Source: an uncultured archaeon
Lineage (GTDB): Archaea; Thermoplasmatota; Penumbrarchaeia; JASLWR01
Reading direction: 5' to 3'
Assembly (NCBI GenBank): GCA_964342815.1
Contig: CAYFHS010000003.1
Location: forward strand, 96,001-160,000
DNA length: 64,000 nucleotides
The stretch's first letter is position 1. Each line of letters starts with the position of its first letter. The position numbers and the translations under genes are program-made. Shown here one piece after another: positions 35,101 to 45,264 of this stretch. The notes under the pieces were generated by a model. The model had not been told where the DNA came from. It did no database searches and saw nothing but the letters and a program-made list of their open reading frames with translations.

Positions 35101-37985
35101 TCGGTGGCGAACTTGCTTCTGTACAGAATCCGATGATCAAATACGCCATCGAAGCGGGCTGGGAATACGTTCCACCGGATGAAGCGGCTCGATTAAGAGG
35201 AGGGGGAGCCGGTTTCGTCTTCAGGGAAATCCTCACCGAACAGATTACTCGATTCAATTCCCACTTCATTACTCCTGAAATCACCACCGAAGTAATTCGA
35301 AAGATAGAGATGGTTCCGCCCAACATCGAAGGAAATCTCATCGCCTGGGAGTATCTAAAGGGCTTTCGAACCGCTTACGTCACAGCCGAAAAATGCGAGC
35401 GAAACGTAATTCTTCTCGATACCAAAAACATCCGGAATAACACTTATCATGTCACCGACGAGTTCAGCTTCACCAACGGATCAAAGACAATTCGCCCTGA
35501 TATTGTCTGTCTTATAAACGGCATTCCCATAATTATTATCGAGACAAAAGCCGCGCACAAAAGGGAGGGAATGGTTGAGGCGTTAAAGCAGATAAAGCGA
35601 TACCACCGCCAATGTCCCGAACTTTTATCGGTATTGCAGTTATACGCCATCACCCATATAATCAAATATTACTACAGCGGCACATGGAACACTTCCCGGA
35701 AACTGCTTTTCAACTGGAAGGAGGAAGTGGAGGGAAATTTCGAGACGCTTGTCAAGGCGTTTCTGGACAAAGAACGAGTGATTAAAGTGCTTTCCGATTA
35801 TCTGATGTTTGCACGCGAGGACGACGAACTGAAAAAAATAATTCTTAGGCCGCATCAGATGAGGGCAGTACGGAAAATACTCGAAAGGGCTGCGGAAGAT
35901 AAAAGCCGCGCTCTTATTTGGCACACGCAGGGCTCGGGAAAGACCTACACCATGATGTTCGCGGCAAAACGGATAATCGAGAATCCGCAATTTGAGAATC
36001 CAACCGTCATCATGCTCGTTGACCGGAACGAGCTGGAGTCACAACTTTTCGGCCATCTTGCATCCGCAGAGTTCGAAGTGGAGGTTGCCGACAGCAAGAA
36101 AAACCTACGAAAATTGCTGGCAGAAGATCGCAAGGGCCTCATTGTCACAATGATCCACAAGTTCGATAAGATGCCCGAGAAGATCAATCTTAAGAAAAAT
36201 ATATTCATTCTGGTGGACGAGGCGCATCGGACAACCGGAGGAAAACTCGGAAACTATCTCATGGGAGCTATTCCTAATGCCACATACATGGGATTCACCG
36301 GGACACCAATCGACAAGTCTTCTGTAGGAACCGGGACCTTCGTCACTTTCGGGAAGGACGATCCCCCGCATGGTTATCTCGACCGATACAGCATAGCCGA
36401 GTCAATTGACGACGGTACAACCGTTCCGCTCCACTATACCCTTGCCCCCAATGTCCTTCAGGTTGACAAGGATACTCTGAACAAAGAATTTCTGGAGCTC
36501 TCCGAAGCGGAAGGTATCAGTGACATTGGAGAGCTGAACAAGATACTTGAGAGAGCCGTAACACTCCGGAACATGCTTAAGAACACCGAGAGAATGCAGA
36601 GCATTGCAAAATACGTTGCGAATCATTTCACTGAAACAATTGAGCCTTTGGGATACAAAGCGTTCCTGGTCGCCGTAGACCGGGAGGCGTGCTCTATCTA
36701 CAAAACTGAGCTGGACAAATATCTCCCGAAGGAATATTCGGAGGTGGTATATAGTCCCGCCCAAAATGATTCTGAAAAACTTACGCGCTTTCACCTTTCG
36801 AAAGAGGAGGAAAAAAGGATTCGAAAGGCATTTCGGGACCCGGAAAAACTTCCGAAGATACTTATCGTTACCGAAAAGCTCCTTACAGGTTTCGATGCTC
36901 CGGTATTGTATTGCATGTATCTCGATAAACCCATGAGAGATCATGTCCTGCTTCAGGCGATAGCACGTGTCAACAGACCGTACGAGAACAAGCAGGGAAA
37001 GCACAAACCGTCGGGATTCGTTCTCGATTTTGTGGGTATATTCGACAATCTCGAAAAGGCTCTTGCATTCGATTCCATCGATATAGAGGGAGTTGTTCAT
37101 GACATAGAGGTATTGAAAGGTAGGTTCGCTGAGATGATCCATATTGCCCAAAAGGAATATCTATCCCTCATAAAGGGTAAAATCCAGGACAAGGCGGTGG
37201 AAGCCGTACTAGAGCATTTTCTGAACGAAGAAGAGCGACAAGCTTTCTATCAATTTTTCAAGGAGATATCTGACATTTATGATATTATATCACCGGATGC
37301 GTTCCTGCGACCTTTCCTGGACGAATTCGAGATAATAGCCCGGATGTACCGAATGGTAAAGGAAGCCTATGACAAAGGGATCTCGGTGGATCTGGATTTT
37401 TCTAAAAAGACCGCAAAGCTCGTGCAAAAGCATACAAAAAGCGGTTCGATTAAATCATCACTAGATGTTTATGAGATAGATGGCGAGACCATTAAAAAAA
37501 TAGAAGAGGCAAATACCTCGGATACCGAAAAGGTATTCAACCTTCTAAAGAGTATAGAAAGGGTAGTTGTTACCGACGCAGACGCGGAGCCTTATCTTAT
37601 ATCCATTGGAGACAAAGCGGAATTGCTCGCGCAGCTTTATAAGAATCGACAGGAAACCACGAAAAATACCCTGGAAAAATTAAAAGAGATCATCAAGGAG
37701 ATTAACGATGCACGGAAAGAGCAAGCCGCTCGAAACATGACGAAAGAAATATTCTCAATTTTCTGGACTCTCAAAAGGGAAGGCATAAAAGGATCGGCGG
37801 ATAGGGCAAACGATATGAACGCGGTTCTGGAAAAATATCCTCATTGGCGTACAAGTGAAGCTCATGAGAGAAATGTCAAACAGGAACTCTATGGCGTTTT
37901 GATAAATTCAGATATTGTGACAGTCGCAAAGGTCAAGGAGATAGCCCAGAAAATAATGCGAGCCATAAAGGGGGGTGCCCATTGA
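35097..37985 (+). CDS. hsdR: Type I R-M restriction subunit
   Basis: PDIV...IETK nuclease motif, HTQGSGKT Walker A, DEAHR, TGFD, QAIARVNR. Confidence 0.95.
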   Translation: MIGGELASVQNPMIKYAIEAGWEYVPPDEAARLRGGGAGFVFREILTEQITRFNSHFITPEITTEVIRKIEMVPPNIEGNLIAWEYLKGFRTAYVTAEKCERNVILLDTKNIRNNTYHVTDEFSFTNGSKTIRPDIVCLINGIPIIIIETKAAHKREGMVEALKQIKRYHRQCPELLSVLQLYAITHIIKYYYSGTWNTSRKLLFNWKEEVEGNFETLVKAFLDKERVIKVLSDYLMFAREDDELKKIILRPHQMRAVRKILERAAEDKSRALIWHTQGSGKTYTMMFAAKRIIENPQFENPTVIMLVDRNELESQLFGHLASAEFEVEVADSKKNLRKLLAEDRKGLIVTMIHKFDKMPEKINLKKNIFILVDEAHRTTGGKLGNYLMGAIPNATYMGFTGTPIDKSSVGTGTFVTFGKDDPPHGYLDRYSIAESIDDGTTVPLHYTLAPNVLQVDKDTLNKEFLELSEAEGISDIGELNKILERAVTLRNMLKNTERMQSIAKYVANHFTETIEPLGYKAFLVAVDREACSIYKTELDKYLPKEYSEVVYSPAQNDSEKLTRFHLSKEEEKRIRKAFRDPEKLPKILIVTEKLLTGFDAPVLYCMYLDKPMRDHVLLQAIARVNRPYENKQGKHKPSGFVLDFVGIFDNLEKALAFDSIDIEGVVHDIEVLKGRFAEMIHIAQKEYLSLIKGKIQDKAVEAVLEHFLNEEERQAFYQFFKEISDIYDIISPDAFLRPFLDEFEIIARMYRMVKEAYDKGISVDLDFSKKTAKLVQKHTKSGSIKSSLDVYEIDGETIKKIEEANTSDTEKVFNLLKSIERVVVTDADAEPYLISIGDKAELLAQLYKNRQETTKNTLEKLKEIIKEINDARKEQAARNMTKEIFSIFWTLKREGIKGSADRANDMNAVLEKYPHWRTSEAHERNVKQELYGVLINSDIVTVAKVKEIAQKIMRAIKGGAH

Positions 37986-38260
37986 TTACACCAGGGGAGT
38001 TCAAAACGGAAGTAATGGCCTGGGCAGATATCGTTGGAGTGAAACCTAAAGAGATACACATACGGAAGATGAAAAAGAAATGGGGTAGTTGCTCCAGTAA
38101 AGGAAGGCTTACATTCAATGCAGCGTTATTAAACGAAAGCAAAAAAGTTAGATGGGAAACCATTCTCCATGAACTTCTTCATCTGAGATATCCTAAACAT
38201 GGGAAGATGTTTAATAGGTTGCTTGAGACATATTCAAGGAAAAGTATTAATGATCGCTGA
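37982..38260 (+). CDS. Short YgjP/DUF45 (M48-like) metallopeptidase domain protein
   Basis: KWGSCS...HELLHL (HExxH); typical position after hsdR. Confidence 0.75.
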   Translation: MITPGEFKTEVMAWADIVGVKPKEIHIRKMKKKWGSCSSKGRLTFNAALLNESKKVRWETILHELLHLRYPKHGKMFNRLLETYSRKSINDR

Positions 38261-38354
38261 GATGAGGATTTAGAATAAAAAAGCAATTTATCACACCTAT
38301 TACCTAGAATTGCAAGATTATGGAATTGAGTATACTATAATATTGGTCTTTGTT

Positions 38355-39629
38355 TTATTTTTTCATTTTAATATTTGGTTTGCCATATCTCCTTTTTGGA
38401 AAAACCAACTCTTCTGTCATAAAATATTGTACTATATCACCAATTTGTTGGGGATCAATAGTTGCAGTAATAGAGTTAAGCCACCGATAGAATCCTACGA
38501 AGACAGGGATATTTTTTTCAAATTTGAAAGTATCGATGGAGTGGGCCCCACATTTAAGATATGTTTTTTTCCTTTTTACTTTTAGGAATTTATTTTGAAC
38601 TTTAAGATATAATGTAAGCCTTAATTCAGGTAAACTTACCGCAAGGATGAATTTGCTAATATATTTGAAAACGTCCTCTTTTTTCATGAGTCTATCATCA
38701 ATGATTATTTTCTTTTCTCCACAAAAAATTTTCACTCCACTTGGAGGTAAGGTACCTAATAATACTTTTGTAACGATAGACGAAGTTCCGATTCGACTTC
38801 TCAAATTATTAAGGGATTCTTTTTTCTTCATGGATTTGAATAACATTCTCCTACATCGATCATGTCGTTCCTTATAGTTAAAATTTGGATTCATTTCAAC
38901 ATCAGTTAATCCAATGAGTTTTGTAGAATCACTTCGGTATTTATTATAATCACGGACCTCCTTGAGACCGATAATAGAACTGACTTCTTCAAAGGGACCT
39001 GTACAAACATAATAATTATTTGGTGAACTTAATAAACGTTTTATTAAAGAATTCCTTGAAAGATCAATGGAAGAGATTAATAGAAATGAAATTTCTTGCT
39101 GGCCGGTTACTTCTTTTATTAATTTTCTCTTAAAAAAAATCTCTTTGTCAAAATCCTTAAGATTCTGCTTTGAGATTGATACTTCAATAAAAGTAATATT
39201 AAAATCAGCATCCAATAGCAACAAATCAATTTCAGCTAAATCTTGCCCATTTCCTCTAATAATTATATTACCTGATAAATCATATGAGAATCCATTCTGG
39301 CCCAAATGATGTTTTTGCTTTTTTGAAGGAGCATCCGCCCCTTTCCGGATAATCCAAAAAATATTTTCCGATTTTTCCGATAGAACTGAAATCTTCTCAT
39401 ATATCATTGCTTCAAACCAATGACCTTCAGCATTTTTTTGGGAGTGTTTATTTTTAGAGAACAAATCTTTTTTGTGGGATTTACCCATATGACGAATTGC
39501 TCTTAAAGAAAGTTGCTTCGATGGTTTCAAATCCTTAAGTTCTTCTACTAGAAATTTCAATAATTCCATATTGTTCTTCATATAGTCTAATCTTTTATTA
39601 ATATTTATTGAGTCGATATATATTATCAA
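38355..39629 (-). CDS. Putative PD-(D/E)XK nuclease domain protein
   Basis: GHWFEAMI...EIDLLL...FIEVS pattern; AT-rich. Confidence 0.55.
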   Translation of the reverse strand: MIIYIDSININKRLDYMKNNMELLKFLVEELKDLKPSKQLSLRAIRHMGKSHKKDLFSKNKHSQKNAEGHWFEAMIYEKISVLSEKSENIFWIIRKGADAPSKKQKHHLGQNGFSYDLSGNIIIRGNGQDLAEIDLLLLDADFNITFIEVSISKQNLKDFDKEIFFKRKLIKEVTGQQEISFLLISSIDLSRNSLIKRLLSSPNNYYVCTGPFEEVSSIIGLKEVRDYNKYRSDSTKLIGLTDVEMNPNFNYKERHDRCRRMLFKSMKKKESLNNLRSRIGTSSIVTKVLLGTLPPSGVKIFCGEKKIIIDDRLMKKEDVFKYISKFILAVSLPELRLTLYLKVQNKFLKVKRKKTYLKCGAHSIDTFKFEKNIPVFVGFYRWLNSITATIDPQQIGDIVQYFMTEELVFPKRRYGKPNIKMKK

Positions 39630-39776
39630 ATTTTACCGTACAGCCGCGATAATCTTAAAATAAACTTTCACATCTGCGGATTCAATTGCCACGGTGTAGA
39701 CAAATTCATACTCACTTCCCACTACAAAATCCATTCACCAAAAACCTTCAATACCACATCCGCCATTCTCCCATCC

Positions 39777-40685
39777 ATGACTACCCCTCCCCTTCCACCC
39801 ATGTCCAAGCCAACACCCGACCCATCACTCCACCTCATACCCCTGGACATAATCGAGCTTGGCTACACCGATTTTATCTCCTCCTGGCTCTACACCGGCC
39901 CTGAAGGTTCATTTCTCATCGACCCCGGCCCCGCATGCACCATTCCGGTCCTCATCTCCGCTCTGCGCTCCCGAGAAATCGAAAATCTGGATTATATTTT
40001 ACTGACCCATATCCACATGGATCACGCCGGCGGCATTGGTCATCTCATCGCCGAATTCCCGGCCGCGAAGGTCGTCTGCCATGAAAAGGGGGTCCGCCAT
40101 CTCATTGACCCGCAAAGATTGTGGGAGGGCTCGAGAGCGGTTATCGGTAAGGTCGCCGACGTCTACGGCGGGATTTTTCCTGTACCGGAGGACAAGATAA
40201 TTGTTACTGACCGAATAGATTTCGGGGACGGAATTACCGTCATACCTGCCCCCGGCCACGCGTCGCACCACCAGTGTTTCGCCTTCCGGGATTATATATT
40301 CGTGGGCGAGCTTCTGGGCACTTACGTTCACCTGGAAAATGAGCTGTATCTGCGGCCGGCAACGCCCTCGAGGTTTGTCCTTGAGGATTATCTGACGTCC
40401 ATGGACCGGGTAGAAAAGTTTCTACGGAAAAAAATCTGTTTTGCGCATTACGGATCAGAAGATACTGGAGATATCCTGAACACGGCACGATCTCAGCTGA
40501 GGCTCTGGGTGCGTCTTATCGACGAGAACCGAGATCGGGAATTGGACGAGATTCTTGTAGTACTGCTTACCGAGGACAAGATATTCAGCAGACTCGGAAA
40601 ACTCTCGCCTGTTCTACAAAAGAGAGAAGTTCATTTTGTCAGGAATTCAATATCGGGGATACTCGAATATTTAAGGTCGAAATGA
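39777..40685 (+). CDS. MBL-fold metallo-hydrolase
   Basis: IDPGP, THIHMDHAGG, PGHASH and FAHYG motifs; start uncertain. Confidence 0.85.
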   Translation: MTTPPLPPMSKPTPDPSLHLIPLDIIELGYTDFISSWLYTGPEGSFLIDPGPACTIPVLISALRSREIENLDYILLTHIHMDHAGGIGHLIAEFPAAKVVCHEKGVRHLIDPQRLWEGSRAVIGKVADVYGGIFPVPEDKIIVTDRIDFGDGITVIPAPGHASHHQCFAFRDYIFVGELLGTYVHLENELYLRPATPSRFVLEDYLTSMDRVEKFLRKKICFAHYGSEDTGDILNTARSQLRLWVRLIDENRDRELDEILVVLLTEDKIFSRLGKLSPVLQKREVHFVRNSISGILEYLRSK

Positions 40686-40690
40686 GTTTT

Positions 40691-41020
40691 TTACTTGCCC
40701 CCAAGGGCGATCTCCACCGACTTCTCCGCCCATTCCACAATTTTATCCATATCATCGAGAATATCGCCCGGTACCTCGTAGTACGGCATTTTCATTCTGC
40801 GCTTCCCGAAGGGCGGAATGAAGGGGTTTGAGCCTTTATCGGAATATTCTTTCTCGTTCGATTCATCCACCTTGAAATAAAGAATCCCGCCGTGAATGAG
40901 TGCAAACATCTTGCCGCCGGAGAAGAGACCCGCGCCTCCGAACATCTTCTTCACCGTCAGATCCTCGAGACCATCAAGTTTCTCAGTCACAAAATCAAGA
41001 TATCCCTGGTCAACTGCCAA
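40691..41020 (-). CDS. TfoX/Sxy N-terminal domain protein
   Basis: KKMFGGAGLF, LYFKVD, PYYEVP, EWA motifs; TTG 41020 follows a GGTGA RBS (ATG 41038 is the alternative). Confidence 0.85.
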   Translation of the reverse strand: MAVDQGYLDFVTEKLDGLEDLTVKKMFGGAGLFSGGKMFALIHGGILYFKVDESNEKEYSDKGSNPFIPPFGKRRMKMPYYEVPGDILDDMDKIVEWAEKSVEIALGGK

Positions 41021-41161
41021 TTTATCACCCTGTTTCATGGATGCAAGAAATGGTTTATTAGATGAACCGTCATTATGTTCGTCACGGAGAATTATGTGTG
41101 AATCATTTAATATTGGCAAAGCGATTATTATGCTCACGTTGAAAAATAAAAAGGTGCGTTA

Positions 41162-41665
41162 ATGAAAATCAAAATAAAAGCCTCACTGCTGTGTGCAGCT
41201 CTGCTTCTCGTTATATTTAGTACCGGCTGCATGAACGATGAGGGACCTGTGGTCTATGAGTCCGCCCCCGACTTCACTCTTACCGATACCGATGGCGAGA
41301 GATTCAGTCTCGGCAAGTATTTGGGAGAGGTGATCATACTGGATTTCATGGCCACGTGGTGTGGACCCTGCGTCGAGGAAATGGATCACTTGAAGAAGAT
41401 ACACACCAATTACCAGAGTAGGGGAGTCCGCATAATATCCATCGACGTGGACAACGGTGAAACCAAAAAGGAGTTGAACGATTTCAAATTAAAGCATGAA
41501 TGCGACTGGCAGTTTGCCACCAACGGCGGCTCTGTGGGAAATACCTACGGTGCCAGTTCCATTCCAATGATTTATATTATAAACAGGGAAGGAGCCATAG
41601 AGTTCAAGCAGGTTGGTCTCACAGATTATTCGGTGCTGGCAAATGAGGTGGATAAGCTATTATGA
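41162..41665 (+). CDS. TlpA-like thiol-disulfide oxidoreductase lipoprotein
   Basis: Lipobox STGC, APDFTL, FMATWCGPC (CxxC), cis-Pro SIP. Confidence 0.85.
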   Translation: MKIKIKASLLCAALLLVIFSTGCMNDEGPVVYESAPDFTLTDTDGERFSLGKYLGEVIILDFMATWCGPCVEEMDHLKKIHTNYQSRGVRIISIDVDNGETKKELNDFKLKHECDWQFATNGGSVGNTYGASSIPMIYIINREGAIEFKQVGLTDYSVLANEVDKLL

Positions 41666-41707
41666 AAAACCACTTTTCTACGATGACACGGCGCATCGAA
41701 GATACGC

Positions 41708-41886
41708 CTGCACCCTCGGAATCCCAGATGGGATTCCTGCGGGAAAGCGGGGCCACCCGTAGGTTTTGTTCGCAAAACCGAGGGTGCAGCTAAATCTCTG
41801 ATTTAGCGGAACGAAGTGGGCATCCCCCCCAAATATATCCCTTCGGGATGGGCTCCCTCGGGGAGCCAAATTCCAAAGGAAATTGG
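41708..41886. repeat. Cluster of nested inverted repeats (REP/MITE-like or structured RNA)
   Basis: 12-bp CTGCACCCTCGG/CCGAGGGTGCAG stem enclosing 8-bp and 7-bp hairpins; further 8-, 5- and 7-bp hairpins with 3-nt loops. Confidence 0.65.
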
Positions 41887-41988
41887 CGACTTAGCAGAGT
41901 TCCACTCCTGCGTTATCGCAAATACTTGATTGCCTAAATAAAGTACAAATCGACTGGATGGTCTGTATTTCCTATATGATAAAAAAAA

Positions 41989-42903
41989 TTAACCACCGGA
42001 ATACCCTAGGTGTTGAGATCTCTCAGAGCTGTGATGGGTTATATCGAAGTAAACCGTGCCCTGGTCGCTAATGGAGCTGGACATCATCTTGTGTATGAAT
42101 TCCCTGTTATCCGCCCTGTTGTACATATCGTTTATAAAGAGGCCTGAATTGCCGAAAATGTATACCTGTCCGTTTCCCTTTTTCACCCGATAACCCATTC
42201 CGATAGGCCCGTCGAGGTCCCAGTTGTCCTGGTTCTCGTTATCGTTCATATCTATAAACGAATAACTGGTGATCTGAAGGTCTTTTACCACAACCGGGGA
42301 TGACGCCATCATTAGAGCTATATTCTCATCCTCTATTGGTTCATCGTCAAGGTCAACCGGCCCCTCGTGGGAGTCGTTCATTCCTTCACCGGAATCCGTA
42401 ACGTTCAATCCCCTGGGGCCGTTAAATAATAAATTCATTTCGGTACCAAAAAAATCAGATTTCGTTGTTATGAAATCCCAGTTATACGTGTAGCTGGTAT
42501 CGATCAATCGATGATCATAATATCGTATCCTGAAATATCTTGTAAAGGGTTCCGCAAGGTCTTCACGATCCGAAGCGAATACAAGGGTTCCCCCTTTTTT
42601 CACGTATTCGATGAGAGATATCCTTTCCTCCGGCGATATGGCAGAGTCCAACCCGAGGAGGAACAAAATGCTATCGGACGGGCTGAGGATATTCTCCGCG
42701 TTACTGGTGTTCGATAGAAAGCGGAACTTGTACGGAAGGGAACTTTTGATATCTTTCTGCATCTTCGATAGATTATTCCAGCCGTCGGCGTCCTCCTCGG
42801 GCTTTTCATCGTCATTCGTACACCCGGCGAACATGACGACGAGGAGGAACAGCAGCACTGTAAACAGCGGCATGATAAACTTGCTGGATTCTTTCACGGT
42901 CAT
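41989..42903 (-). CDS. DUF4350-like lipoprotein
   Basis: Lipobox FAGC; YVKKGGTLVFASD, FGNSGLFINDM and YFD..H motifs. Confidence 0.65.
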   Translation of the reverse strand: MTVKESSKFIMPLFTVLLFLLVVMFAGCTNDDEKPEEDADGWNNLSKMQKDIKSSLPYKFRFLSNTSNAENILSPSDSILFLLGLDSAISPEERISLIEYVKKGGTLVFASDREDLAEPFTRYFRIRYYDHRLIDTSYTYNWDFITTKSDFFGTEMNLLFNGPRGLNVTDSGEGMNDSHEGPVDLDDEPIEDENIALMMASSPVVVKDLQITSYSFIDMNDNENQDNWDLDGPIGMGYRVKKGNGQVYIFGNSGLFINDMYNRADNREFIHKMMSSSISDQGTVYFDITHHSSERSQHLGYSGG

Positions 42904-43017
42904 TCACCATATCCAGTTACTTTAACTTTCATATCTATAATTGAACAATATAAATGATAGCTGCCCTTGAACATACTTGAAACATAATCCTCATGAACCT
43001 ATTACGAAAAAATATCC

Positions 43018-45264
43018 CTAGTCGCCGTCCCCGCCTTTGCTCTCTTTTTTCTTTCTCGCCAAGGTTTTCGAGCGCTTCATCAATCGTTCCTTCCTTCCGG
43101 CCTTACCCGGGCTGCTTCTCGACCCGGTACCCATGCTCTCGTAATCCTTGTCCGTGTAGTATGATTTCCGGTCAGAGATGAAGAAATCATCTTCCTCCCG
43201 TTCCCTGCGGCTCTTTCTTTTTTCAGGTTTGTCCTCAGCATCCTCTTTGCCCTTTTTTACGCTTTTTATGACAAAGATAATGAACACTCCTATGGCTATT
43301 ATGAATATTATCGCAAGGATCACGTATCCCGTACTGAGCCGGGTCTCCTCCTCAACCGCCGTCAACTGTACCGAAATGTGGCCGGCCTCGACAATATTTC
43401 CCCCCTGATCCGTCACCGTGAACTCAAGCATTTGCTCTTCGCCGGTACCCAAAGATTTCGTTTTCCACGACAATACCACTGTAGACTCTGCTCCCGGAGC
43501 GATCTCGTCAATACTTTTCAAAACCACATCTTTCTCGCCGTCCACAGACAGATGCATTTTTAGTCCTGTTGCCTTGACGGTCAATTTATTTTTTATTACT
43601 ACGCTGAGGGTTTGCTCACTGTCCTCGGTCAATTTCACCTTTGCTTCATCATCCACGGTCTTATCGTCCAAAATTATGGAGATTATGTCCACCTTGGTGC
43701 CCATTATCTGAAATTGTACGGCCTCGCCTTTCGATACATTAACCATAGTACCATTGATCAGGACCAGTGCGCTGTTCTCGCCTTCCAGCGGTATACCGTC
43801 GAACTCGATATTCACCCACACCCATATCTCCTGGTAAGGAGCAAGAGTCAACTGAATGTCCGTCATCTTCTGGTCCGGAAGCGGTTTGATGATACCTGTG
43901 ACCCCTTCCAAGTTTAGAAAAGCGGCAAAGTCCTTTGAGATGTTGTCCCCTTCAATACCGGTGTACACGCCGTTGAAGTATCCGCTTAATGAAGAAGGAT
44001 TGCTGCCAAGGGATATCACCACGTTCCTCTGTGCATTACTGGCGCTCTGAAGGTGAAAGGTCATCTCACGGGAATCGCCCCGATATAGTGTATCCACGGG
44101 AGCAAAGGTCTTTGTAAGCGCAAAATCGATTATGGGATTGACAAATATTTCAAGACCCATAGTCTCCCACAATCCACCCTGCGAGGTGAAGTTCAGCTTC
44201 ACTGCATTCGTCCCGGTAAGTGATCTGGAAGCGATTCCTATACGGATCTCAAACACCTGCTTATTTTCGGCGGATATCTTTGCGAAGGATGGAGTAAATA
44301 CTATGGTCCAGTTCTCGGGAAGCGAAACTGTCTCGGGGGTAACCGTTATTTCATCGTTCCCCGTATTATGGACGCCTATCTCGTATAGCAAGGTATCACC
44401 GGGGTTTCCCACCTTTTCCAGTACCGCGGTGTAAACATCCATATTTAAGTTGGACCGGATCACAACCTCCAGCTCCATGGTATATTCTTTATCACCGTTT
44501 TGTGAATCGGCACTCAAACCCACCACGATCTTTTGTTTGGGTACACCCAAGTTCGGAGAAAATACGGTCAGTACAATATGTTTCACGGAATTCCCGGGTA
44601 TGGTCAGAGAATCATCTGAAAGCGACCCGATCCATGAGTTGTCATCCGCATTATTCCCCTCAACAATATTGTTCGAAAGGGTAAGCTCAACGTTATCTGC
44701 CTCCGCCAGGTTATTTTCGATGCTGACGTTGAAATCCGCCCGCCCGCCAGGGTCCACCACCAGAGAGGTTTGATCTGCGGAAAGTGTAATTGAAGGGGGA
44801 AGGGAAACAAGCATCAATGCCTGTACAGTATATTTGCTCCCCAGGGTAATATTGAGATAGATTATTTTTTCTCCCACTACCGTTGTGGTGATCCAGATAT
44901 CCGATGTTTCTGTCGCTTTCCCGTCAACCCACAGGGGCATGGTATCTGAAGATGTGGTAAATGCTATGTTCCAAGGAGTAATATTTTCAAGCTTGAGATG
45001 AAATTCCTGACCCGACGCAAGATCATTCTGGACTTCGAATCGGATCACCGAACGCAGCCCGTTAGTGACCTTTATGTAATCATACCCGTCGTACTCGTTG
45101 AAATCATCCGTTTTGGCATCGGGAAAATTTGCGCTGAACTGCTCATCCGCCCTGGTTTCAACCGGGGAGCAGGAGAAATCGTTAACACCAAAAACTACAA
45201 AACACTGGAACATTAAAATTATAATTGCCGTAAAAGTCATTACACTTTTTTTCAACATATTCAT
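43018..45264 (-). CDS. Membrane-anchored surface protein with NEW3/CARDB-like Ig domains
   Basis: Signal peptide, repeated V.PG...F.V.I.N.G...D units, C-terminal TM, charged tail. Confidence 0.75.
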   Translation of the reverse strand: MNMLKKSVMTFTAIIILMFQCFVVFGVNDFSCSPVETRADEQFSANFPDAKTDDFNEYDGYDYIKVTNGLRSVIRFEVQNDLASGQEFHLKLENITPWNIAFTTSSDTMPLWVDGKATETSDIWITTTVVGEKIIYLNITLGSKYTVQALMLVSLPPSITLSADQTSLVVDPGGRADFNVSIENNLAEADNVELTLSNNIVEGNNADDNSWIGSLSDDSLTIPGNSVKHIVLTVFSPNLGVPKQKIVVGLSADSQNGDKEYTMELEVVIRSNLNMDVYTAVLEKVGNPGDTLLYEIGVHNTGNDEITVTPETVSLPENWTIVFTPSFAKISAENKQVFEIRIGIASRSLTGTNAVKLNFTSQGGLWETMGLEIFVNPIIDFALTKTFAPVDTLYRGDSREMTFHLQSASNAQRNVVISLGSNPSSLSGYFNGVYTGIEGDNISKDFAAFLNLEGVTGIIKPLPDQKMTDIQLTLAPYQEIWVWVNIEFDGIPLEGENSALVLINGTMVNVSKGEAVQFQIMGTKVDIISIILDDKTVDDEAKVKLTEDSEQTLSVVIKNKLTVKATGLKMHLSVDGEKDVVLKSIDEIAPGAESTVVLSWKTKSLGTGEEQMLEFTVTDQGGNIVEAGHISVQLTAVEEETRLSTGYVILAIIFIIAIGVFIIFVIKSVKKGKEDAEDKPEKRKSRREREEDDFFISDRKSYYTDKDYESMGTGSRSSPGKAGRKERLMKRSKTLARKKKESKGGDGD

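Noticed and set aside
41700-41900. RNase P RNA
   Set aside because: Some GAAA.CGG/GGGTGCA similarity, but no convincing P4 halves (GAGGAAAGUCC / ACAGAA..GGCUUA) on either strand
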